Assembly (NCBI GenBank): GCA_964472875.1
Contig: CAYYMD010000005.1
Coordinates: 7,670-71,669 of the forward strand
DNA: 64,000 nucleotides
Source of the DNA: an uncultured Planctomycetaceae bacterium
GTDB lineage: Bacteria > Planctomycetota > Phycisphaerae > SM23-33
Direction of reading: 5' to 3'
Positions 47,442-56,367 of this stretch are shown here, in pieces. Below the pieces are notes generated by a model that was given only the letters and a program-made list of their open reading frames with translations, had not been told where the DNA came from and did not search any database. Numbering within the stretch: position 1 is the first letter of the stretch; each line of letters begins with the position of its first letter. The position numbers and the translations under genes are program-made.

Positions 47442-48548
47442 TCAGCGATTTCTGTATTTATACGCGGCCGCGCACGCACCCTCGGAAGACACCATGCACG
47501 GCCCCAGAGGGCTGCGCGGCGTGCACCGCCCGCCGAACTGCGGACACTTGTCGGGGGCGATGCGACCGCAGATTACATCCCCGCAGCGGCATAAGTCCAG
47601 TTCGGATTTCTTCCTGTCGCGGCTTTCATCTCCCGGTTTTTCTTCCGCGGCAAGGTAAAATTGCTTTTGCGCATCGAAATCCGCGAACTCGCCGCTCGGC
47701 GACAGGCCGCTTTCGGGAATACGCCCCAGCCCGCGCCAGTCGGCGTCGCATGCCTCGAGGGCGCCGTTAACCATTTCCATAGCGTGCGCGTTGCCCCCGG
47801 CCGAGACGACCGGATACACAGTGCAGGCGGCGGGCCGCTGGTCGACAATTTGCCGCAAAATTTCCTCCACTCCGTAGAGAATCTGCCCCGGATCGAAACC
47901 TGCCACCACGCAAGGCCGGCCGTAATCGGCGGCTATCTGCTCATAGGCACGCCAGCCGATTATAACGCTGACATGGCCGGGACACAGGAAGCCGTCTATC
48001 TGAAGATCGCCGGAGTTCAGCAAAGCGTTCATAGCCGGTATGATTAATTTGTGCGCAGCGCAGACGGAAAAGTTATTCACTCCGTTTTCGCGTGCTCGGT
48101 TGAGGGCGATTACCGTCCCCGGCGCCGTGGTCTCGAAACCGACCGCCAGGAACACCACCTGCCTGTCGGGGTTCGCCTCGGCCAGTTCCACCGCCCGCCG
48201 CGCCGAGTAAACCACGCGCACGTCGGCGCCGTCGGCGCGTGCGTCGGCAAGCGAACCGTCCATGCCCGGAACCCGAACCATGTCGCCATAGGTGGCGATG
48301 GTTACGTCGTCGCGCTGGGCCAGAGACACGGCCGCATCTATATACGCCTGATCGGTTACACACACAGGACAGCCCGGACCGGATATCAACTCCAGCCCCT
48401 CCGGCAGCAGAGATCGCAGGCCGCTGCGCGCGATGTTCATGGTGTGCGTGCCACAGACTTCCATTATCCGCACCGGCCTGCCGATGCTTTCGTGCAGATG
48501 GTGTATGCTCTCAAAACGAGCGTTAATTTGTTTATTGCTTGTCGTCAT
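47442..48548 (-). CDS. hypD: [NiFe]-hydrogenase maturation protein HypD
   Basis: CGTHT, GPGCPVCV and FETTAP motifs. Confidence 0.9.
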   Translation of the reverse strand: MTTSNKQINARFESIHHLHESIGRPVRIMEVCGTHTMNIARSGLRSLLPEGLELISGPGCPVCVTDQAYIDAAVSLAQRDDVTIATYGDMVRVPGMDGSLADARADGADVRVVYSARRAVELAEANPDRQVVFLAVGFETTAPGTVIALNRARENGVNNFSVCAAHKLIIPAMNALLNSGDLQIDGFLCPGHVSVIIGWRAYEQIAADYGRPCVVAGFDPGQILYGVEEILRQIVDQRPAACTVYPVVSAGGNAHAMEMVNGALEACDADWRGLGRIPESGLSPSGEFADFDAQKQFYLAAEEKPGDESRDRKKSELDLCRCGDVICGRIAPDKCPQFGGRCTPRSPLGPCMVSSEGACAAAYKYRNR

Positions 48549-48771
48549 TGTCCGCGGGCGTGACGTTCATTTCGGCCAGGACGTCGAAGGTTTCCTTCGC
48601 CTGTTCGGCGTCGATAACTGTTATGGCGAAGCCGGCATGAACCAGCACCCAGTCGCCTGCTCCGGCATCGGGGACAAGGTCCAGCGACACTTCTTTCCTG
48701 GCGCCGCCGAGCGTGACGGTGGCGCGATTCGACGTTTTCTTCTCAATTTGTACCGGTACTGCAAGACACAT
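48532..48771 (-). CDS. hypC: [NiFe]-hydrogenase maturation chaperone HypC
   Basis: MCLAVP N-terminus, 79 aa. Confidence 0.85.
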   Translation of the reverse strand: MCLAVPVQIEKKTSNRATVTLGGARKEVSLDLVPDAGAGDWVLVHAGFAITVIDAEQAKETFDVLAEMNVTPADNDDKQ

Positions 48772-48775
48772 TATT

Positions 48776-51145
48776 TTATTCCTGTTGTTTGCCTGTTAAC
48801 GCCTGCGACGGCGCTTGTTTGTTTTGCGCTATTCTTGCGGCGGCTACAATCGCCTGCCCCAGGGCCACGCCCCCGTCGCCGGGTGGGATAATCCTGTGAC
48901 GGATGACCTTCAGGCCCTTATCGGACAGCAACTCAATAACGCGGGCAGTCAGATATCTGTTGGCGAAGCAGCCGCCGGTAATGGCTACGGTCTCGAGGTT
49001 TGTTTCCTCGGCGGCGCGGACGGCGGCGGCGGTCAGAAATTCCGCGACAGTATTATGAAACTTCGCCGCAATTACCTCCGATGTCATCCCGCCTTCCAGG
49101 TCCGCAATTATATCTCTTACCATTATACACGGGTCTATGTGAAATTTCACGGTGCCGGCGGCTTCGACGATTTCAAATCCGTAGGAAGAATCGACGCCTT
49201 TTTCCACGGCCGCCTCGAGCTTCATGGGGGCTTCGCCCTCGTAGCGGTTTTTCTCGGCCACGCCGGTCATCCATGCCACGGCATCGAATAACCTGCCCAG
49301 CGAACTGGTCGGCGGGCAGTTGACGCCGGTCCGCAGCATCTCCATGGCCGCATGGATGTTTTCCGCTTCGGCTCGGCCGCGACACGCCGACATGCGCTCG
49401 GCGCAATCCGACCCGAATGCTCCATGCAGCGCCGCAAGCGCCGGCCGCCACGTCTGCACGGCCGCGGCGTCGCCACCGATAAGCGGCATCTCCTTCAGGT
49501 GGCCAATCCGTCGATAAGAGGCCAGGTCGGCGCGGAGAATTTCACAGCCCCACACGCCCCCGCCCGGGCCGTACCCTACGCCGTCACACGCAAGACCGAT
49601 GACCGGGCCATTGGTGGAATTCTCACCCAGGCACGCGGCCACGTGCGCGTGGTGGTGCTGAACCTTCTCAAGCGGCAGGTTGTCATCCTCGCTGCGCCGG
49701 GTAGCGTAGCGGCTGGAGAGGTACTGCGGATGCAGGTCGGCCGCGATGAGCGACGGCTCAAACTCGAACAGTCGACAGAGGTGTTCGATGGTGTCCGTAT
49801 AATGGCGATAGGTTCTCGAGTCGGTCAGGTCGCCGATGTGCTCGCTTATCAGGGCGCGGTCGTTCTGTATCAGGCAGAACGTGTTGTTTAACTCCGCCCC
49901 CACGGCCAGAATGCGCGCATCGGCGATGTTAAGACCCTCCAGCCGCACCGGCCTCGGCGCATATCCCCGCGCGCGACGCAGCAGGGCCGTGGCACCGTCG
50001 GTGTGCAGTTGCGCGACGCTGTCGTCGAGGCGGCGGGCGATGGGACGGTCGTGGATCAGGAACGCATCGGCAATGTCGCCCAGCAGGCGCAGGGCCTCGT
50101 CGTTGTCCTTGACCAGCGGCTCGTGAGAGAGATTGCCGGATGTCATCACCAGCGGCAGTTCGCGGACCGCCTCCTCGGCAAACAGCAGGTGATGCACGGG
50201 CGTGTAAGGCAGCATCACGCCGAGCGTGTCGAGGCCTTCGGCCACGCCCGCAGCGATATCGGCCTCCTCGCGGGTCGGCATGATGACTATCGGCCGCAGC
50301 GGCCCTTCCAGCAGGCGCGCGGCATCTTCGCTGACGCGGCACAAACGCCGGGCGCCGGCAAGGTCAGCCACCATAAGCGCGAACGGCTTGGCATCGCGGC
50401 GCTTCCTGCGGCGAAGGCGCGCCACGGCCTGTTCCTCGTCGCCGCGGCAGGCCAGGTGAAAACCGCCCAGCCCCTTGATGGCCAGTATTTTCCCGTCGCG
50501 GAGTATCTCGGCCGCCGTGGCGAAGGGCGACTCGGCCTGCATCTGCCGGCCACGGTTATCGCTCAGCCATACTTGTGGGCCACAGTCGGGGCACGCCACC
50601 GGCTGTGCGTGAAACCGCCTGTCGGCCGGGTCGTCATACTGTGATTTGCAGAAGTCGCACATCGGGAACGCGGCCATCGTCGTATTGGGGCGGTCGTATG
50701 GTATGCCGCCAACGATGGTGTATCTCGGCCCGCAGTTGGTGCAGTTTATGAATGGGTAGCGGTAACGTTTGTCGGCCGGGTCGAACAATTCCTTCAAACA
50801 CTCGGCGCACGTGGCGGTATCGACGGTCACCTGCGCTTCGGCCAGGCCGGACTCGCTGGATGGCACGATGCGAAAGTCGCTTTCACCGGCGCGCAGCTCG
50901 ATTTCCCGCCGGTCGCACGAGGCGATTTCCGCAAGCGGCGGCAATTCGCTGCCCAGTCGCCGGGCAAAGTCGTCAACGGCGTTCCTGTGGCCCTGAACCT
51001 CGATGAGCACGCCACGGGCGTCGTTGGAGACCCGGCCGGTAAGACCAAGCCCCGCCGCCAGGCGGTACACAAACGGGCGGAAGCCGACGCCCTGGACCTG
51101 TCCTGTGATGCGAAAGCGGCTACGAATTTTTTGCTGGTTGGCCAT
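48776..51145 (-). CDS. hypF: Carbamoyltransferase HypF
   Basis: Acylphosphatase domain, two Zn-finger CxxC pairs, YrdC and Kae1-like domains. 789 aa. Confidence 0.9.
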   Translation of the reverse strand: MANQQKIRSRFRITGQVQGVGFRPFVYRLAAGLGLTGRVSNDARGVLIEVQGHRNAVDDFARRLGSELPPLAEIASCDRREIELRAGESDFRIVPSSESGLAEAQVTVDTATCAECLKELFDPADKRYRYPFINCTNCGPRYTIVGGIPYDRPNTTMAAFPMCDFCKSQYDDPADRRFHAQPVACPDCGPQVWLSDNRGRQMQAESPFATAAEILRDGKILAIKGLGGFHLACRGDEEQAVARLRRRKRRDAKPFALMVADLAGARRLCRVSEDAARLLEGPLRPIVIMPTREEADIAAGVAEGLDTLGVMLPYTPVHHLLFAEEAVRELPLVMTSGNLSHEPLVKDNDEALRLLGDIADAFLIHDRPIARRLDDSVAQLHTDGATALLRRARGYAPRPVRLEGLNIADARILAVGAELNNTFCLIQNDRALISEHIGDLTDSRTYRHYTDTIEHLCRLFEFEPSLIAADLHPQYLSSRYATRRSEDDNLPLEKVQHHHAHVAACLGENSTNGPVIGLACDGVGYGPGGGVWGCEILRADLASYRRIGHLKEMPLIGGDAAAVQTWRPALAALHGAFGSDCAERMSACRGRAEAENIHAAMEMLRTGVNCPPTSSLGRLFDAVAWMTGVAEKNRYEGEAPMKLEAAVEKGVDSSYGFEIVEAAGTVKFHIDPCIMVRDIIADLEGGMTSEVIAAKFHNTVAEFLTAAAVRAAEETNLETVAITGGCFANRYLTARVIELLSDKGLKVIRHRIIPPGDGGVALGQAIVAAARIAQNKQAPSQALTGKQQE

Positions 51146-51259
51146 GATTACACATTGGATTGAGCACTACATTGTACAACAATCGAGCGGGTATTGTGAT
51201 GTTTTGGGCAGGCGTAAGGTCCCGCGGACTTGTAAAAACCATCGATTGCGACGATACTC

Positions 51260-51904
51260 TTGGTCCGTATGGAAGACATCGCGCGAAAACTGGCCGGCAG
51301 GTTCATCGTCATAGACGGCCCGGACGGTGCGGGCAAGTCCACGCAGATGGAAATGCTCGCCGACCGACTGGAGAAAACCGGCGCGTCACTGGTGCGGACG
51401 CGTGACCCGGGCGGAACCGTCATCGGCGACAAGATACGGGATATTCTGCTGGACGGCAGGCACGATACAATGTCCGTCGAGTGCGAGGTGATGCTTTACA
51501 TGGCCAGCAGGGCGCAACTCGTGGCGGAGGTGATTCGCCCGGCACTTGCCGAGGGCAGGTGCGTGCTGTGCGACAGGTACATCTCCGCGACGGTCGCCTA
51601 TCAGGGCGCCGGCGGGGCCGACATAGACGCCATCCGCCGCGTGGGCGAAATAGCCGTGGGAGGGCTGATGCCGGATTTGACGATAATACTGGACATTCCG
51701 GCCGATGAGGGGCTCTCGCGCCTCGGCGAGTCGCCGGATCGTATGGAGTCCAAGGATGCGGCTTTCCACAGGCGCGTGAGGGAAATGTTCCTCGAACAGG
51801 CCGAACAGATGCCGGAAAGATTCGAAGTAGCCGAGGCAACAGGACCGCCCGAGAGTGTCCACAAAAAAATCCTGGATGCAATATCTGCATACCCTTGGGA
51901 ATGA
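51260..51904 (+). CDS. tmk: Thymidylate kinase
   Basis: P-loop FIVIDGPDGAGKST, DRY motif region. The start may be the internal Met (MEDIARK). Confidence 0.85.
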   Translation: MVRMEDIARKLAGRFIVIDGPDGAGKSTQMEMLADRLEKTGASLVRTRDPGGTVIGDKIRDILLDGRHDTMSVECEVMLYMASRAQLVAEVIRPALAEGRCVLCDRYISATVAYQGAGGADIDAIRRVGEIAVGGLMPDLTIILDIPADEGLSRLGESPDRMESKDAAFHRRVREMFLEQAEQMPERFEVAEATGPPESVHKKILDAISAYPWE

Positions 51905-52052
51905 ATTTAAAATTTCTTGACAAACGACATTGAAAGGTCGATATTATAAATAGGGATAAGGGAAATTTTGATTGGATAAATTATGGCTTTGTCTTACGCG
52001 TGACATCAATAGCAAGGCAAGGCCTTTTTATTTGTAATGGGGATATTTTGAA

Positions 52053-52691
52053 ATGAAAAAGAAAGCAGCCATATTAATTGACGGTGGGTTTGTTTTAAAA
52101 AGACTATACCTTCTTATGGGTAGAACATGTCCTGAGGCCGAAGATGTATATCGATTTGCACATGCATGCTTAGGGGATGATGAAGAAATTTTCCGAATAT
52201 ACTTTTATGATTGCCCTCCTTACGAAGAAAATGCCTGCAATCCACTTGATCCCGAGCACCCGATAAACTTCGCCGAGACGAGTGTAGCAATTCGTAACAG
52301 ACGTCCGCAGCAGCAACTTTCCTTAATGCCGCACGTCGCGTTTCGCAAAGGCGAACTTTTACTGCAAGGGTGGCGATTGTCAGGCAAGTTGCAGAAAGAA
52401 ATTATCAGTAAACACAGACCGATTTGTAAGGATGATCTTTCGCCCGAACTGCGTCAGAAGCGTGTGGATATAAAAATCGGACTGGACGTAGCATGGCTTG
52501 CTTCAAAAAGGATTGTAGACAGGATAATACTGGTAACCGGAGATACGGACTTCATACCGGCGATGAAATTCGCCAGAGGCGAAGGTGCACAGGTAGTGCT
52601 TATAACGATGGGAGTAAAAGTAAAATCTTCGCTCAGGGAAAATACTGATCTGATTAGAAAAGGTTGGCCCCTGCGCGATGATGAAGCGTAG
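52053..52691 (+). CDS. NYN (LabA-like, PIN-related) domain protein; low-GC insertion between tmk and holB
   Basis: AAILIDGGFV … IKIGLDVAWLASKRIVDRIILVTGDTDFIPAM NYN-domain acidic motifs. The gene and its 150-bp upstream region are visibly AT-rich (about 40-45% GC) against about 62% in the flanks. Confidence 0.75.
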   Translation: MKKKAAILIDGGFVLKRLYLLMGRTCPEAEDVYRFAHACLGDDEEIFRIYFYDCPPYEENACNPLDPEHPINFAETSVAIRNRRPQQQLSLMPHVAFRKGELLLQGWRLSGKLQKEIISKHRPICKDDLSPELRQKRVDIKIGLDVAWLASKRIVDRIILVTGDTDFIPAMKFARGEGAQVVLITMGVKVKSSLRENTDLIRKGWPLRDDEA

Positions 52692-52705
52692 GATGGACAG
52701 ATAAA

Positions 52706-53857
52706 ATGCTTCAGTTTACGGACATAGTCGGACAGGATGAGGCGATTATGCGTCTGCAGGAGGCGATGCGGTCACATCGCGCGCCGCACGCGTACATCTT
52801 CGCAGGTCCTGAGGGCGTTGGCAGGCGGACCACGGCCGAGGCACTGGCCGCGACTCTGCTCTGCCACAATGCCGCGGAGGTCGATTCGCCCGAGGCGCTG
52901 CAGCGGGCGGGCATGGACAAAATAGTCCAGGCCTGCGGCAAGTGCAGCGACTGCCGCACAGTGGCCGACGGCACACACAGTGACTATCACGTCATCCGCA
53001 AGGAACTGGCCCACTACCACCAGGACGCCAACGTCCGCAACCGCAAGATGCAGGAACTGTCGATAGACGTTATCCGCAGTTTCCTTATCGAACTGGCCGG
53101 GCGCACATCCGCCGGCGGTCGGGGCAAGGTGTTCGTGGTGCTGGAGGCGGAACTGATGAGCACCGCAGCGCAGAATGCGCTGCTCAAGACGCTCGAGGAG
53201 CCGCCGGATGGGGTGACAATCATACTTGTATGCAGCCGACCCGAGCGCCTGCTGCCCACCACGCTGAGCCGCTGTTCGATGGTGCGGTTCGTTCCGCTGA
53301 CCGCGGAATTCGTGGCGTCGCGGCTGTCCGAGGCGGGCGCGGACAAGGAACAGGCGCGTTTCTGGGCGGCGTTTACAGGCGGGTCGCTTGGCCGCGCGAT
53401 GAGACTGTCGCAAAAGGATCTTTACGAGACGAAGACCGAAATCATCCGGCGGCTGGCCTCGCCCGCGCCCGGGGAGGAGATGGAATTCGGCGAGGAACTG
53501 GCCGGCATAATGGACAATTTCGCAAAGGACATGGTCAGCGATACGAGTCAACAGGAAGGGCCGGAACTGGCCAAGACTCTCGCCGACCGTAGGGCGGCCG
53601 CCGTTCTGCTGGGCATTATCTCATCGGCCTACCGCGATGCGATGAAAATCGCCGCCGCTGCGGAGGCGGATCTGACAAACTCCGACCAGGCGGACGCCGT
53701 TAGCGCCATAGCCGCCCGCTTCGATACGGTGCGCCTGGCCGATATCATCGAACAAATGGGACGCTTTGAGCAACTGCTGTGGCGTAACTTAAACGCCAAG
53801 ATAATCTGGTCGAACGTGGCCGTCACGTGCGCATCGGGCGCGCCGCTGAACGTGTGA
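52706..53857 (+). CDS. holB: DNA polymerase III subunit delta prime
   Basis: AAA+-like N-terminus (HAYIFAGPEGVGRRTTA), zinc module CGKCSDCRTV. In the conserved position after tmk. Confidence 0.8.
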   Translation: MLQFTDIVGQDEAIMRLQEAMRSHRAPHAYIFAGPEGVGRRTTAEALAATLLCHNAAEVDSPEALQRAGMDKIVQACGKCSDCRTVADGTHSDYHVIRKELAHYHQDANVRNRKMQELSIDVIRSFLIELAGRTSAGGRGKVFVVLEAELMSTAAQNALLKTLEEPPDGVTIILVCSRPERLLPTTLSRCSMVRFVPLTAEFVASRLSEAGADKEQARFWAAFTGGSLGRAMRLSQKDLYETKTEIIRRLASPAPGEEMEFGEELAGIMDNFAKDMVSDTSQQEGPELAKTLADRRAAAVLLGIISSAYRDAMKIAAAAEADLTNSDQADAVSAIAARFDTVRLADIIEQMGRFEQLLWRNLNAKIIWSNVAVTCASGAPLNV

Positions 53858-53949
53858 ACACGGAGGGTTACACTTGACCGTGATAAACAAGGGCGAATAT
53901 CATTCCATGGCGAAGCCATGTATTAAAACATTGGTCATCGGAGCCAAAC

Positions 53950-54579
53950 ATGAAATCTGCTGAAGTTCCCAATCCGGTCGTAAGAAGAATCAGTCTATAC
54001 TTGAGACAACTCGAGGAATTCTCGGCACGCGGCATGGAGAAGGTCTCCAGCAGGGAACTGGCCGAGAGTCTCCAGCTCAGCGACGCCCAGGTACGCAAGG
54101 ACCTGGGGTACTTCGGACATTTCGGGCAGACCGGCGTGGGATATCAGGTCAGCGATCTCGTGGACGAACTCAAACGCATACTGGGCACGGATCGAATGCA
54201 CGAGGTAGTGGTTGTCGGCGCCGGCGACCTTGGCAGGGCGTTGTTGCGATACAAGGGTTTTGTGCCGAAGGGATTCGAACTCGCGGCGGCGTTCGACGTG
54301 GCGGCGGGCAAGGTCGGCAAAAAGGTCGGCTCTGTTCCCGTCTATCACATGGACAAACTCAAGGATGTAACCGCCGAACACAACGCGAAGCTGGCGGTGG
54401 TGACCGTTCCCGCCGAAGCCGCCCAGGAGGTTACCGATGCGCTGTGCGAGGCGGGAATAAAGGGAATACTGAATTTCGCCCCCACCACAATACAAACGCC
54501 TGCGGAAACCGCCGTTTACCAGGTTGATCTCGCGGCGGGACTCGAACAATTGTCTTTCCGCCTGAAAGATAAAAACTGA
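53950..54579 (+). CDS. rex: Redox-sensing transcriptional repressor Rex
   Basis: N-terminal winged helix (RRISLYLRQLEEF) plus a Rossmann NADH-binding domain (VVVVGAGDLGRAL). Confidence 0.85.
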   Translation: MKSAEVPNPVVRRISLYLRQLEEFSARGMEKVSSRELAESLQLSDAQVRKDLGYFGHFGQTGVGYQVSDLVDELKRILGTDRMHEVVVVGAGDLGRALLRYKGFVPKGFELAAAFDVAAGKVGKKVGSVPVYHMDKLKDVTAEHNAKLAVVTVPAEAAQEVTDALCEAGIKGILNFAPTTIQTPAETAVYQVDLAAGLEQLSFRLKDKN

Positions 54580-54729
54580 CCCGCGGCTGATGTAGCTGTC
54601 GACCGCTCAGTGCCCGAGTGCGCATATATTACGATGGATGACTATGGTTCGGACGAATAAGGCAAAGGGGACTTTTCGGAAACGTCCGACTCACCGGGTG
54701 AATAATCCGGCGTCGACCCGAACGTTAGA

Positions 54730-55041
54730 CTACTGTCCCGGTCCTTTCTGCTCCATGCCTTTCTGAAGTTTGATTTTCATCAAACGGCCGGCCTTGAACT
54801 TGACCGCCCGGCGGGGTGGAACTTTTACTCTTTCGAGCGTTTTGGGGTTCTGCGCGATGCGCTCGGCGCGATCCTTGGTCTCGAATACTCCGAAATCACG
54901 GAACTCCAGGCGGTTGCCCTTGCCAAGTTCGTCTATGATTTCGTCGAGAAAACGCTGGACCACTTCCTTGACCAGAATGCGTTTCGTGTCGGCCTTGTCG
55001 GCGATCCTGTCTACCAATTCCTTCTTTGTTACTGTATGCAT
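54730..55041 (-). CDS. HU/IHF family DNA-binding protein
   Basis: From MHTVTKKELVDRIADKADTKRILVKEVVQRFLDEI…, typical HU/IHF arms. The upstream in-frame extension is not used. Confidence 0.8.
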   Translation of the reverse strand: MHTVTKKELVDRIADKADTKRILVKEVVQRFLDEIIDELGKGNRLEFRDFGVFETKDRAERIAQNPKTLERVKVPPRRAVKFKAGRLMKIKLQKGMEQKGPGQ

Positions 55042-55198
55042 AGCGTCACCCTTTGCCTGGGTTAAAAGAACCTTATGCTTAACCTTCGACCGGAATCCAC
55101 TCACATGGCAAAACCATGATATGCCGGTTATTTCCAACGTGCTAAATATATATTATGGCATTACCTATCAACGCCACAAGAAAAATTTTACGTATTCT

Positions 55199-56251
55199 TT
55201 ACGATTCTTCGTCGGGAAGATCGCGGCTGTGGCGGAGGTCTTCGAGTTTGTCAAGCGGTTTGCGGAGCATGTTCGTGCGTGTGGTGCGGATATTTTCGTA
55301 TGTCCGCGAGACCGTATCGAGCTGGCTGCCGAGGCGGTCTATCTCCTCATTGTATTTCTGCCACTGCTTGTCGAACTCGTGTAACAGGTTCATCACCTCG
55401 TCGGCCGCGCGCATGAGATTGGCGCTTTCGGCCGACTGGCGAATCACCGCCAGCATGGCGTACAAGGTCAGCGGGCTGGCCAGGACGACCTTGCGCGACA
55501 ACGCCTGGTCTATCATGTCCGGCCCGGCCTCCAAGGCCAGTGCGTAAACCTGCTCGCTCGGTACGAACAATATCACGTAATCGACCGTTGGTATTTTCTT
55601 GTCCACGTAACCGCGCGACGATACGGCGCGGACGTGTGAATTAAGGTCCGACACGAGTTGTTTGCAGGCCGCCTTGATTGCCTCGTCGGTTTCGGCGTCG
55701 AGGTAGGCCTTGTACGCCTCGAGCGGAAATTTCACATCCATGTTGACCTTCAGGTCGTTGGGAAGGAAGAAGGTAAAGTCCGGCCGGTCGTTGCCCGTGG
55801 CGTATTGGCTGTCCTGCTTGGCATAGTTTATACCCTCGGCCATGCCCGCCAGCCGGAGGATGTCCTCGGCCATGCGCTCGCCCCACGCGCCTCGCCGCTG
55901 CGTGCTTGCAAGCATGCGGTGCAGTTCTCCGGTGGTCTGCGAGAGTGTCTGAAGTGATTTGTCCAGTTCGCCGAAGTCCTGCTTCCTGGAAGACTCCACA
56001 CTTTGAAGGTATCCGCGCACGTGCTCGAGGCGGTCGTTGACCGCCTTGATGGCCTGGTCGATGAGTTCCTTCTTGGACTCCATCGCGGCCGCGGTCTGTG
56101 CGGCCAGGCGCTGCGAGTTGGAATCGAGCGCTTCGGTCGCCAGGGCCTTGAAGGCGTCGCGCGAGCGGGCGTAGTACACCCTGCCGATTATAAATACAAG
56201 CGCTGCGCTAATAACCGCACCCATCAAAAATCCGATAATAAAGTAAATCAT
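55199..56251 (-). CDS. rmuC: DNA recombination protein RmuC
   Basis: N-terminal TM, coiled coil and RmuC domain (DYVILFVPSEQVYALALE). Confidence 0.85.
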   Translation of the reverse strand: MIYFIIGFLMGAVISAALVFIIGRVYYARSRDAFKALATEALDSNSQRLAAQTAAAMESKKELIDQAIKAVNDRLEHVRGYLQSVESSRKQDFGELDKSLQTLSQTTGELHRMLASTQRRGAWGERMAEDILRLAGMAEGINYAKQDSQYATGNDRPDFTFFLPNDLKVNMDVKFPLEAYKAYLDAETDEAIKAACKQLVSDLNSHVRAVSSRGYVDKKIPTVDYVILFVPSEQVYALALEAGPDMIDQALSRKVVLASPLTLYAMLAVIRQSAESANLMRAADEVMNLLHEFDKQWQKYNEEIDRLGSQLDTVSRTYENIRTTRTNMLRKPLDKLEDLRHSRDLPDEES

Positions 56252-56367
56252 CTTATTGTCTGAAGGTATTGTATTGCCCGGCCGGCCAAATAAAAAGCCC
56301 CCACGCGGGAAACGCAGGGACTTTTATTAATTAGTCTTTATCCGCATTAATCTCTCGTACATCCCCG

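Noticed and set aside
56252-56367. Intrinsic terminator between GH29 and rmuC (aaagcccccacgcgggaaacgcagggacttttatt)
   Set aside because: The arms are not truly complementary (only about 3 bp pair), so it was not called.
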